Under the pieces are notes generated by a model that worked only from the letters and a program-made list of their open reading frames with translations, searched no databases and was not told where the DNA came from. The position numbers and the translations under genes were made by a program. A stretch of DNA of 64,000 bases from an uncultured delta proteobacterium (lineage in GTDB: Bacteria; Desulfobacterota; Binatia; UBA9968). Shown in pieces: positions 30,795-39,903 of the stretch. The stretch's first letter is position 1, and each line of letters begins with the position of its first letter. The stretch lies in NCBI GenBank assembly GCA_963755715.1, contig CAVWLW010000074.1:96001-160000 (forward strand), read 5' to 3'.

Positions 30795-31086
30795 CTCGTG
30801 TTCGCAACGGCCGGCCTGTGAAGAGCATCCGAACCGCGTTCGAACGGGCAATTGAAAAAGCGGCGATCGAAGATCTACGATTGCACGATTTCCGACATAC
30901 GTGCATTAGGCGCTGGGCTACGGAGGGAATTCCGCAGCGATCATAGCCGCGGCCGGACACCATTCGATCGAGCAGAACAACGACTACGTGAACATGAAAG
31001 ACGATCATCTTCGAGCAGCCTTCAAATTGTTTACACCACGTTTACACGGTAAACCGGTTGAAAATCAGTGCGTCGCAAGTTATTGA
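30795..31086 (+). pseudogene. C-terminal remnant of a tyrosine integrase
   Basis: SIRTAFERA...DLRLHDFRHT (HxxR), frameshift, then AAGHHS...DYVN (catalytic His/Tyr region); stop 10 bp before the tRNA. Confidence 0.88.
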
Positions 31087-31088
31087 TT
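31028..31088 (+). promoter_or_regulatory. candidate arm-type repeats (right) and IHF site
   Basis: TGTTTACA-CCA-CGTTTACA at 31028-31046; CAAGTTATTGATT at 31076-31088 matches the IHF consensus YAANNNNTTGATW. Confidence 0.65.
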
Positions 31089-31096
31089 TTACTTAC

Positions 31097-31182
31097 GCCC
31101 GGATGGTGGAATAGGTAGACACAAGGGACTTAAAATCCCTCGGACCGAAAGGTCTGTGCCGGTTCGAGTCCGGCTCCGGGCA
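31097..31182 (+). tRNA. trnL: tRNA-Leu(UAA)
   Basis: Acceptor stem GCCCGGA/TCCGGGC; anticodon arm AGGGA-CTTAAAA-TCCCT; long variable arm; GGTTCGAGTCC; CCA not encoded. Confidence 0.97.
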
Positions 31183-31326
31183 TCACATCCAATTACAATT
31201 AAATGGGTAAAATCATGTTGCGCATGGTTTTTAACAAAGCAAATTGACGAGCGGTTTGCGACGCAATTATCCGCGATTGTGTTATGGGAGTTGACGAAGT
31301 AGCCGCTGTCACGAAAGGCATAACCC

Positions 31327-31861
31327 ATGTCTGTGATCACTGAGATCGCGCGCGTGTTGCGTGATCAGTTCGTCGCTCTCATCTTGGATAACGAGGTGAC
31401 GGTGGGAGAATTCGTCGTGCAACCGCCGCTTCCTTGGCTTCGGCTCGTCCAGGAGAACGGTGTCTTTAGAGTAGCGCAGGGCTATCCCACGGTCTTGAGC
31501 GCCGCGCAAGCCAAGTTCGAGATGAAGAACTGGGATCAGGTTTCTGGGCCGAGCATTCAACGCGCTTTAGACGGAAATCAATGGCGGCGTAGACTATGTG
31601 CTATTCGGCAACAATGCCGGACAAGGCCTGCCGCTGGCGCAGAGTCTGGCGCCAGACTTGATCACCGAACACGCCGCGATTATCTATGCCAACAGTCTGC
31701 CGGAGAAAAAAATCTATGAGCAATTGGGTTACCGGACTTTTTTTCGCCGCCGCGAGGCGGTGTCCCGCCTTTTGGAAGTGTCCGCCAGCGCAACCCGCCC
31801 GCTAGCGCTCTGTTTCATCAATACCATCCAACATAACGAGCTTAACTACCACGATCCGTAG
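31327..31861 (+). CDS. hypothetical protein, +1 frameshift near 31569
   Basis: ORFs 31327-31719 and 31598-31861 join into one protein-like sequence (..GVDYVLFGNNAGQGLPLA..NTIQHN..YHDP). Confidence 0.65.
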
Positions 31862-32085
31862 TCGACCTGCATCAACGCAGACGGCGAAACGGCGCGCGCT
31901 GGAAACATCCGACTAAGATGCCGCTCGTTGCTCGTGGCAAGACGCGTCGGGATTACGAGTCGCCACCTTGCAATAAGAAGGCGCAGGACTGTTGAGCTGC
32001 GCACGAAGCGATAGCTGTTCGTTAGCCGTGACGGGGATTTAGTACGACCCTGAAGCTACTGCAATTGCGTCGAATCAATCGGCAT

Positions 32086-32361
32086 CTATGCCGCGCGATT
32101 GGTTGTTTGCGCCACGTTCCCGATCGATTCGCGCAACTTGCGAGTCGGAAGATCGAGTACGCTCTGACGTGCGGCATCGGGCTCCAGCGATAAATGATGA
32201 CAGATCCAGATGAAACTTCCGATGGCGTCATCTCGCGAAGAAAACCATAGGCGCGCGGAGCGTGCGATGGGGTCGCGCCCGCTAAGATCTGTTTGGGCCT
32301 GGAGAAGCACGTTGGCCCATAACTTTCGCTCTGCGTCGGTTAACTGATCGGGTTCAATCAT
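32086..32361 (-). CDS. small conserved-looking hypothetical protein
   Basis: GGAG RBS; ERKLW..VL.QA..D...AR.WF...SF.WIC..L.L.P pattern; sigma54 site upstream. Confidence 0.7.
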   Translation of the reverse strand: MIEPDQLTDAERKLWANVLLQAQTDLSGRDPIARSARLWFSSRDDAIGSFIWICHHLSLEPDAARQSVLDLPTRKLRESIGNVAQTTNRAA

Positions 32362-32425
32362 TTCTTTCTACTCCATGTGTGTCTTGAACTGATTTAGTCA
32401 CTGTCGTTTCGCCAGCGTGATGCTA

Positions 32426-32441
32426 AGCAAGCGTGATGCCC
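32426..32441 (-). promoter_or_regulatory. sigma54 promoter
   Basis: Minus strand GGGCATCACGCTTGCT = GG-N10-GC, about 65 nt upstream of the ATG at 32361. Confidence 0.6.
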
Positions 32442-32829
32442 GGCGAAATTTATCGCTGTCGGTCAGATTTATCGCTAGTATTGACGCGAGGTTGCGCCGC
32501 TTCAGCGGAGACCTCACAAGTTTGTCGGTTTCCTTTCAATTCCTTTCAAAGCGGAAATTTTCGGGCATAAATCGACAATTTTGTGCAAAGCCAGACTAAA
32601 CCGCCGACTGTCATGGCTTAGAAAAACATCCATTTAGTGGCAAAGAACTGCCAAAAAGTCTGCGTGTGGGATTAGGGAAGGAGAGAGGTTCGGCTCGTTT
32701 ATGCGTTCAGACGCCGCTAGTATTTTGTCGAAGTTTGAATGGGAATCAGAGCTGGTTGATTAACGCGCCTTCCTGAAATCCATGCGGCGTTAATCGCGAA
32801 AACAACGTTGAACGCGACGGCAATTACAA

Positions 32830-33018
32830 TTAATCGTTGTACTGATTCCTGGACTGATTGGTACTGTAACGATCACGCCCATAACGCCAGTCGCGGTCAC
32901 GATCCCAATCGTATCGACTATAACGGCGATCGTGGTCGCGATCGTAACGACTGTCATAGCGTCCGTCTCGATAACGACTATAGCGCCAATGGTCGTCTCG
33001 ATCGTAGTAATAGCATCC
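32830..33018 (-). pseudogene. Asp/Arg/Tyr-rich low-complexity coding remnant
   Basis: One frame reads YYYDRDDHWRYSRYRDGRYDSRYDRDHDRRYSRYDWDRDRDWRYGRDRY...stop; in-frame TAG just upstream and no usable start. Confidence 0.55.
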
Positions 33019-33270
33019 GGCTGCCTACTGCGAAAAATGGATTTTACCATCATCAAAAAGCGGCATGATTTCGTAGTGATGGAGCTGCCATGGAAGTGAA
33101 ATGTCACGGTTGCGGGACAGCGGCGAGGGTGCCCCATATGACAAACGCTTACCGCGTACGCTGAGATCGCAGGATAAATTCATGCACTGAGAGCGCGGAC
33201 CTCGGCAAAATTATTTGACAAAAACTCCAACGCATGTTTCCGTGGAAAATCCGACTTTGTCGATCGCTCT

Positions 33271-33876
33271 ATGAAAAAAGGATTTCATTTTGTCGCTCTA
33301 GTTGTCGCTTTGCTGTCCGTCTCTCAAGGCTCCGTGTTGGCTGAGGATGCTCCAGTCAAACTCGTCCCGGTGCTCAAGATCAATAAAGAGCTTGATAAGC
33401 GGACGGCGATAAAGCCATCGACGATTCCCAACGCAGGCAACGGATTATTTGCCGTGGTTCCGATTAGAGAGGGGGAGGTGATCGGCGAGTTGGGCGGCCG
33501 GCTGATGACCCTCGAAGACTCGATCGTGAGCAATCATTATCTCGCTTCGATACCAGAGTGCGCCTGGGAACAAACCAAACCCTACCGATATCTCAATAGC
33601 AAGGATTTTGGCGGCAACGTCAGTCGAACAAATTTCGCGCCGCGGAAAGTGAACGGCATAGAGACCCATTTCCAGAATGCCGCGATCAGTCAACTTTGCG
33701 TCTATCCCTACGTTGTTTTCGTCGCTTTGAAGAATATCGAGCCCGGAACCGAGATCTGGTCCAGCTATGGTCCGCATTACGAATATGACAGATTCATGAA
33801 CGAGCCCGAGGTGCGAGATTTTTTCTGTGGCCTATTAAGCATCGACTGCCACGAAAACTACTCGTACGAGTATTAA
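33271..33876 (+). CDS. SET-domain protein with N-terminal signal peptide (paralog 1)
   Basis: STIPNAGNGLFA..I.EGEVIGE..G, SRTNF and ALKNIEPGTEIWSSYG; Sec-type signal MKK...VLA. Confidence 0.85.
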   Translation: MKKGFHFVALVVALLSVSQGSVLAEDAPVKLVPVLKINKELDKRTAIKPSTIPNAGNGLFAVVPIREGEVIGELGGRLMTLEDSIVSNHYLASIPECAWEQTKPYRYLNSKDFGGNVSRTNFAPRKVNGIETHFQNAAISQLCVYPYVVFVALKNIEPGTEIWSSYGPHYEYDRFMNEPEVRDFFCGLLSIDCHENYSYEY

Positions 33877-33942
33877 GGGTTTTGCTTGCGCTATTTCGCT
33901 CGTTGATCCGATAATTTTTCACCCGTGATCGAAGGAGGCTGC

Positions 33943-34740
33943 ATGGAGATTTTCGATATTCATCATCATCTTGGTTCGTTGAGTGGCGGAAGTTTGCAAG
34001 AGGGCGATGACTGGCAGGAGCGGGACTATGTCAATCGAGTGCGGATTATGGAGGCCAACGGCGTAACTGGGTCGGCGATTCTAGCGGCCACGGGTTATAT
34101 TCAGGCCGACGGCATCAAAGACACCATGCGTTGTAACGATACGGTGGCCGCGTACCGCAAGCGCGACCCGAAACGTTTCCCGGTGGCCTGCGGCATCGTC
34201 GAGCCGCTGCACGGCGCACGCTCAATCGGCGAGCTCGAGCGCATGAAGCATGACCTCGGCCTCAATGGCGTGGTGTGGCACAGTCGCTTTCAGGGAGTCG
34301 CCGTCGATCACGCGCTGATGCGGCCGCTGTTAAAAAAAGTCGGCGAGCTCGGGCTGGTGCCCTTGATTCACACCAATGCCGAGTCGAACCTCGAAGCCGT
34401 TTGGCGATTGGAACGACTCGCCTTGGAATTTCCAGAGCTCACCTTCGTGTCGATGGATGCGCTGACGACGAACACTAACAGCCAACTGGCTTTGGACATA
34501 GCCAAACGAACGAAAAATATTCTTTTTGACACCGCGCACGTACGGGGCCCCGCCTACGTTCGTCAGTTTGTCGAGGCGGTGGGCTCACATCGTTTGATTT
34601 TCGGCAGTCTTTTTTATTCTTATCCGGCGAGTTACGAGCATTGCGCGACGCTCGACGAGATCAAAGCGGCCAAGATCGGCGATGCGGACAAGGCCAATAT
34701 TCTCGCACTGAACGCAAAGAGGCTCTTTAGTCTTTCTTAA
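33943..34740 (+). CDS. amidohydrolase_2 family metal-dependent hydrolase
   Basis: FDIHHHLG, LIHT, NILFDT, RLIFGS and NIL..NAKRLF motifs; GAAGGAGG RBS. Confidence 0.85.
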   Translation: MEIFDIHHHLGSLSGGSLQEGDDWQERDYVNRVRIMEANGVTGSAILAATGYIQADGIKDTMRCNDTVAAYRKRDPKRFPVACGIVEPLHGARSIGELERMKHDLGLNGVVWHSRFQGVAVDHALMRPLLKKVGELGLVPLIHTNAESNLEAVWRLERLALEFPELTFVSMDALTTNTNSQLALDIAKRTKNILFDTAHVRGPAYVRQFVEAVGSHRLIFGSLFYSYPASYEHCATLDEIKAAKIGDADKANILALNAKRLFSLS

Positions 34741-34923
34741 CCATAAATCTCGCCGACTCACCGCAAGCGCTGTGCACGCCTGGCGTCGATTCAATCCCGC
34801 GTGGAAAAGGTCGGGGTCGGGTGTTATTGTTTTGATTGTGCTGCATACAAGCTTCACATCGGTTTCGATCGTCTTCGGCTACTCGGAAGAAATATTCCAG
34901 AGTCGCGTCGAGGAGGAATAATC

Positions 34924-35544
34924 ATGAAACTGACCTTCCATGTAATTGCAATTTTTGTCGCGACTGTCGTTTTCGCCGGATGTTCGACGACCCATCCGAT
35001 CGTGACTGAGTGGCGCAATCCGGGCTACAGCGCGGCTTCGTTTAAACGCATTATGGTTGGCGGTTTGGGCGGCGCGACCAGTGTCCGGCGCAATTTTGAA
35101 GACGAATTCGTCACTCAGCTCAGAGCGGCCGGTATCGACGCGCTGCCGAGTTACCGCTCGATGGCTGAAGATGAAAAAGTCGACGAAGCCAAGATCAGGC
35201 AAGCGGCAGAAAAAGCCGGAGCGGACGCGGCGATCTTGGCGCGCCCGATCCATGTCGAGGAAAAGACCCAACTTGGCCCAGGTTATTTTCCGATTCCCTG
35301 GTTTGGCTTCTACGGTCCGCATGGTGGTGCCAGTTGGTACGGCGGTTACGGCGCGCCGAGCGTCTATCGTTACAATGAGTTTACCTCGGAGACGACGCTC
35401 TACGATCTCGGCAAGAACGAAGTTGTCTGGACCGCTGCGATTAGAACGACCGAGCCGGAGGACGTCAAAGCGGCGATCAAAACCTACGTGACAGCGGTCA
35501 TGCGGGCGCTCGACGAGAAACAGTTACTTGGCCGGCGGTCTTGA
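34924..35544 (+). CDS. lipoprotein (DUF4136-like)
   Basis: Lipobox FAGC; RRNFEDEFV..L; Gly/Tyr-rich loop; ETTLYD....VVW. Confidence 0.75.
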   Translation: MKLTFHVIAIFVATVVFAGCSTTHPIVTEWRNPGYSAASFKRIMVGGLGGATSVRRNFEDEFVTQLRAAGIDALPSYRSMAEDEKVDEAKIRQAAEKAGADAAILARPIHVEEKTQLGPGYFPIPWFGFYGPHGGASWYGGYGAPSVYRYNEFTSETTLYDLGKNEVVWTAAIRTTEPEDVKAAIKTYVTAVMRALDEKQLLGRRS

Positions 35545-35696
35545 GAAAACACGCCAACGAAATTTAGCGCAAACCACGATTAGCACGTTCGATTCTTCAC
35601 GGGAGCGATACTGACGGAGCGCTCCACACCTTCACCGTAATTTGACAATCCAGCCCGCCTATGATTCCTCGGATGTAAAATCAATCAAGAGGAGAG

Positions 35697-36320
35697 ATGC
35701 GCAAGTTAGCACCGATGAAAATCTATCATTTTTTCGCCCTCTCGATCGCGCTTGTGCTTATGGTCCCAAATGATGCGCGACCGACGCCTGATAAAGCACC
35801 GGCGCAGCTCGCGCTGTTGAAGATTAACCAAAAATACGAGAGCAGAACTACCGTCAAAAAATCCATGATCCCCGGCGCCGGCAACGGCCTGTTCGCTACA
35901 GTGCGAATCAAAAAGGGCGAAGTCATCGGTGAGCTCGGCGGCCGCCTCGTTTCGGCGGACGATTACCCCAAAGGTAATCACTACCTAGCGACCCTGCCGG
36001 AATGCGCCCGCGATAAAATCCGGCCCTATAAATACATCGACAGCAAGGATTACGGCGCGAACGTAAGCCGCATCAATTTCGCGCCGAGCGCAATAAACGG
36101 CAGAGAAACCAATTTCCAGAACGCGGCGATCAAGCAGCTCTGCCAGCATCCCTATTTTATCTTCGTCGCATTGAAAGATATTGAGCCTGGCGCGGAGATT
36201 TGGTCGAGCTACGGGCCCAACTATGATTATGACCGATTCATGCAGGTGCCCGAAGTGCGAGACTTTTTCTGCGCTCGCTTGAAAATAGACTGCCGTGAAA
36301 AGTTCGTTTTTTCACATTGA
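35697..36320 (+). CDS. SET-domain protein with N-terminal signal peptide (paralog 2)
   Basis: SMIPGAGNGLFA..IKKGEVIGELGG, SRINF and ALKDIEPGAEIWSSYG; hydrophobic N-terminus; colinear with paralog 1. Confidence 0.85.
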   Translation: MRKLAPMKIYHFFALSIALVLMVPNDARPTPDKAPAQLALLKINQKYESRTTVKKSMIPGAGNGLFATVRIKKGEVIGELGGRLVSADDYPKGNHYLATLPECARDKIRPYKYIDSKDYGANVSRINFAPSAINGRETNFQNAAIKQLCQHPYFIFVALKDIEPGAEIWSSYGPNYDYDRFMQVPEVRDFFCARLKIDCREKFVFSH

Positions 36321-36471
36321 CAACTTGGTTGCCAGTTTGACCAGGCGCCGCTAGATTGTCTTTCCCTCGGTTGCCTCGCGCTACGCATCGATTGCGGCTA
36401 TATCGAACGATTTAGCTTCGCCGCCCCGGTGAACTATAATATTGTCATTTCACAGTTTGCGGGAAACGGTT

Positions 36472-37551
36472 ATGGACTACAAAACCGACGATCTACGAAT
36501 TAAGGAAATTGACGAGCTGGTCGCGCCGGTGGATTTATTGCGTGAGTTCGCCATGACGCGCAGCGCCGCAGCGACCGTCTGGCAGACGCGCCAGGAAGTT
36601 CACAAGATCCTGCACGGCGCCGACGATCGGCTCTTAGTGATTATGGGGCCATGCTCGATTCACGACGTCAAGGCGGCCAAGGATTTTGCCCAGCGGCTCC
36701 ATGAAGCCAAAAGCCGGCTCGCGGCCGATCTATTGGTTGTGATGCGGGTGTATTTCGAGAAGCCGCGCACGACAGTGGGTTGGAAGGGGTTGATCAACGA
36801 TCCTAACTTGGACGACAGCTATCGCATCAATGACGGTTTGCGCATCGCGCGCCGATTGCTCCTCGATCTCAACGAAATGGAGATGCCGGTCGGGTGCGAG
36901 TTCCTCGACATGATCACGCCGCAATATATCGGCGATCTGGTTTCCTGGGGAGCGATCGGAGCGCGCACGACTGAAAGCCAGGTGCATCGCGAGCTCGCCT
37001 CCGGTTTGTCATGCCCGGTCGGCTTCAAGAACGGCACGGACGGCAATATTCGCATCGCCGTCGACGCCATTCGCGCGGCGCAGGCGCCCCATCATTTTAT
37101 GGCGGTCACGAAAGCCGGGCGCTCGGCGATCGCGGCGACCACCGGCAACGAGGATTGCCACATCATTTTGCGTGGCGGCAGACAACCGAACTACGATGCT
37201 GAAAATATCGCGGCCACGGTAAGGGCTCTGGCCGAAGCGGCGATTCCGGCGCGGATCATGATCGATTTCAGCCATGGCAACAGCGGCAAGGATGAGCAGC
37301 GCCAGCTTCTCGTTGGACGAGACGTGGCGGCGCAAATTGCGTCCGGCAATGGCGCTATTTTCGGCGTTATGGTCGAAAGCCACTTAAAAGCCGGCCGCCA
37401 GGATCTGCTTGCCGGTAAGGAACTGGTCTACGGATTGAGCATCACCGATGCCTGCATCGGTTGGGAAGAAAGCCGTGCTCTGCTCGACACGCTCGCCGAT
37501 GGCGTGCGTCGGCGGCGTCTCAAGGCAGCGCTGGATGACGAATCCGAATAG
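36472..37551 (+). CDS. aroG: 3-deoxy-7-phosphoheptulonate (DAHP) synthase, class I-alpha
   Basis: GPCSIHD, MRVYFEKPRTTVGWKG, IGARTTESQVHR and SITDAC motifs; feedback isoform not determinable. Confidence 0.95.
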   Translation: MDYKTDDLRIKEIDELVAPVDLLREFAMTRSAAATVWQTRQEVHKILHGADDRLLVIMGPCSIHDVKAAKDFAQRLHEAKSRLAADLLVVMRVYFEKPRTTVGWKGLINDPNLDDSYRINDGLRIARRLLLDLNEMEMPVGCEFLDMITPQYIGDLVSWGAIGARTTESQVHRELASGLSCPVGFKNGTDGNIRIAVDAIRAAQAPHHFMAVTKAGRSAIAATTGNEDCHIILRGGRQPNYDAENIAATVRALAEAAIPARIMIDFSHGNSGKDEQRQLLVGRDVAAQIASGNGAIFGVMVESHLKAGRQDLLAGKELVYGLSITDACIGWEESRALLDTLADGVRRRRLKAALDDESE

Positions 37552-37821
37552 CAATCGTCGTCTCGAGATTGACGCGGTTGCCATTGTTTAGCGCGGGGGA
37601 CTTTCTCGCATCAGAACCGCCCGGTGTTCGCAGCCGTGCTTCGCCTTGCCGCGCCGGAACCCGAGCCGAGAAATTCATTCGCTATCGCCGTCTTGACTCG
37701 CTTTGCCGGTCCGCTTTATCTTTGCGAAACAATTCATTGCGCGTTTTTCTCGTTAGCCAGACTGCTTTCGATCGGTGCGGTTTACGCCGTGACGGTAACA
37801 ACAAACAGGAGTTTCATCGCC

Positions 37822-38814
37822 ATGAAATTTTTCTCGTTACGCCTACTGGGTTTGCTGCCGTTATTGTTTTTTCTCGAGCTTCCAGTGCAAGCAGCGGCGC
37901 CGCTGACCAAAGTGGTCATGACTTCCGGTTCGGCGAGCGAGCGCGACGGTGTGGTCTACGTCGCACAAGACCAAGGGTTGTTTCGTAAGTACGGTCTCGA
38001 CGTGAGCTTTGTCCAAGTTCGCAACGGCCCGGTTGCCATGTCGGCATTGAGCTCGGGCGAGACGCAGTTTCATTGGGGCTCGGTTTCGGGCGCGAATCTC
38101 GGCGCGATCGCCGAAGGCGCGGACTTGGTTTTCGTTGCCGGATTCATCAACCGGCTCTCAGGCATGTTCATGGTCAATCCGCAAATCAAAACCCCGGCGG
38201 AGCTGAAAGGGAAAAGCGTCGCCGTTAACAGTCTGAGCGGCGGAGGGTGGATTTTTTCGATGTTGATGTTGGACTACTGGGGCCTCTCGCCCGAGCGCGA
38301 CAAGATACAGTTCAGGACCTTGGGTGAGCAGGCGGTGATGGCGCAGGGTGTCATCAGCGGCACGGCCGACGCGGCATTTTTAGGCTACACGTTCGGCAAA
38401 ATGCTTCAGGGCAAGGGCTTCCGCCTTTTGGCCGATAGCGAGAAGCTGCCCATTCCCTATCAAGGCTCGGGTGTCATGGCGAAGCGGAGTTTCATCAATG
38501 CGGCGCCGGCGACATTGGAAAACGTGCTCAGAGCTTTGCTCGATAGCGCGGCATTTATCCGCAATCCGGAAAATAAGGCGCAAGTGACCAAAGCGCTCGC
38601 CCGAGCGTTGCGCTTCAAACGGGTCGAAGACGCCGAGGACGGTTATCAAAGCATGGTCAATCTTTACGAGCGAAAAATTTACCCGAGCGTCGAGGGCATT
38701 CGCAACGTGATCCGCTTGCTCGGCGCCAACAACGAAAAAATTCGTCGCCTTAAGGCGGAAGATTTGGTCGACGATAGTGCCGTTCGAAAAATGGAGAAAG
38801 AGGGGCGGTTTTGA
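37822..38814 (+). CDS. ABC transporter substrate-binding protein (SsuA/NMT1-like)
   Basis: Signal peptide; VAQDQGLFRKYGLDV; IKTPAELKGK; DLVDDS..RK.E.EG C-terminus. Confidence 0.88.
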   Translation: MKFFSLRLLGLLPLLFFLELPVQAAAPLTKVVMTSGSASERDGVVYVAQDQGLFRKYGLDVSFVQVRNGPVAMSALSSGETQFHWGSVSGANLGAIAEGADLVFVAGFINRLSGMFMVNPQIKTPAELKGKSVAVNSLSGGGWIFSMLMLDYWGLSPERDKIQFRTLGEQAVMAQGVISGTADAAFLGYTFGKMLQGKGFRLLADSEKLPIPYQGSGVMAKRSFINAAPATLENVLRALLDSAAFIRNPENKAQVTKALARALRFKRVEDAEDGYQSMVNLYERKIYPSVEGIRNVIRLLGANNEKIRRLKAEDLVDDSAVRKMEKEGRF

Positions 38815-38922
38815 CTCCGGCATCGGCTTTAAAAAGTCGGGAGGTTGTGTCATAGAGGAGGCGCCGACGTCGATCGATATCACGCAAAATTCCAAAGGTA
38901 ATTTCAGACCAGGAGATTTACA

Positions 38923-39843
38923 GTGGCTTTTCAAAAAATCGGTATCATGAGTATCGGCGAGATGGGATTTCACTGGGCGAAGCTGCTCAAAAGCCACGGC
39001 GTGGAAGTGCTAACCTTCGACCAGGACCGCGGTGAAGTGAGCCGCAAACGCGGCGAAAACGCCGGGGTCAAGTCGGTGGGCTCGATGGCGGAATTGGTCT
39101 TAAACGCCGAGTTGATCGTTTCCATCGTCGTGCCGTCGGCGGCGGCGCGGGTCGCGGCGAAGGTCGCGGAGGCGGTGAAAACCGCGGGACGAAAGGATCT
39201 CTTGTTCCTCGATGCCAACGCGATCTCGCCTATGACTGCGGATGAAATTGCCGAAACCTTGCGTCCCGCGGGCGTGAATTTTGTCGACGGTGGCATTATT
39301 GGTTCGGCAGCCAGAATAGGAAAGGGAACGATCGTTTATGTTTCCGGTCCAGCGGCGAGCCGGCTGCAAGCTTTGGAAGAATTCAAGATTCCGATCAAAG
39401 TGCTGGGCGCGAACACCAACCAAGCCTCGGCTTTCAAAGTAGTCTATGCCGGTCTCACTAAGGGGTTGCAGGGATTGTTTTGCGAGCTTCTGATGGGCGC
39501 CAGGCGATTCGGTTTGCTCGATGAGATCCGTGCGCAATATGAGGAAAGCTTTCCCGGATTGCTCGATAAAGTGTCCGGCTCTATTGTCGGCTTGCAGATT
39601 CACGCCGGCCGGCGTGCCGAGGAGATGGATGAGTTAAAACGAACATTTAATCACCACGGCATGGACTCTTTCATGGCGCCGGCGGTGCAGAAGGTGTTGG
39701 AAGCAATCGCCGCTTTGGAAGTAGGGAAGGCTTCAGCCAGCGGCGCACGTGAGGGCGACCTGCAGGAAACGCTGGAGCTGTTCTATAAAAAAGGACTATT
39801 ACAGATGGCTCCCGCTCGGGAGAATTCTAAAGCGGGCCTATAG
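38923..39843 (+). CDS. NAD(P)-dependent oxidoreductase (6-phosphogluconate dehydrogenase-like, DUF1932)
   Basis: KIGIMSIGEMG, DANAISP, ASAFK...AGLTKG and HAGRRAEEM motifs. Confidence 0.85.
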   Translation: MAFQKIGIMSIGEMGFHWAKLLKSHGVEVLTFDQDRGEVSRKRGENAGVKSVGSMAELVLNAELIVSIVVPSAAARVAAKVAEAVKTAGRKDLLFLDANAISPMTADEIAETLRPAGVNFVDGGIIGSAARIGKGTIVYVSGPAASRLQALEEFKIPIKVLGANTNQASAFKVVYAGLTKGLQGLFCELLMGARRFGLLDEIRAQYEESFPGLLDKVSGSIVGLQIHAGRRAEEMDELKRTFNHHGMDSFMAPAVQKVLEAIAALEVGKASASGAREGDLQETLELFYKKGLLQMAPARENSKAGL

Positions 39844-39903
39844 CCATAGAGCCCCATTCTTGGTATGGAGTGCAGAACACGAATTTGAGGGAGGGCTAAA
39901 CCA

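Larger units (their letters stand above)
28206..31120. mobile_element. decayed integrative element (~2.9 kb) inserted at the 5' end of tRNA-Leu(UAA)
   Basis: 25-bp direct repeats, integrase remnant next to the right end, arm-type repeats at both ends, visibly lower GC, small orphan ORFs. Confidence 0.85.

Noticed and set aside
30176-30946. 256-aa ORF as a full integrase
   Set aside because: Only its last ~50 codons are integrase-like; the rest overlaps the PEP-CTERM gene, its promoter and the receiver remnant on the other strand.
32790-33137. CRISPR or DNA tandem-repeat array
   Set aside because: No constant repeat with unique spacers; the periodicity comes from low-complexity codons. No CRISPR array or cas gene was seen anywhere in the window.
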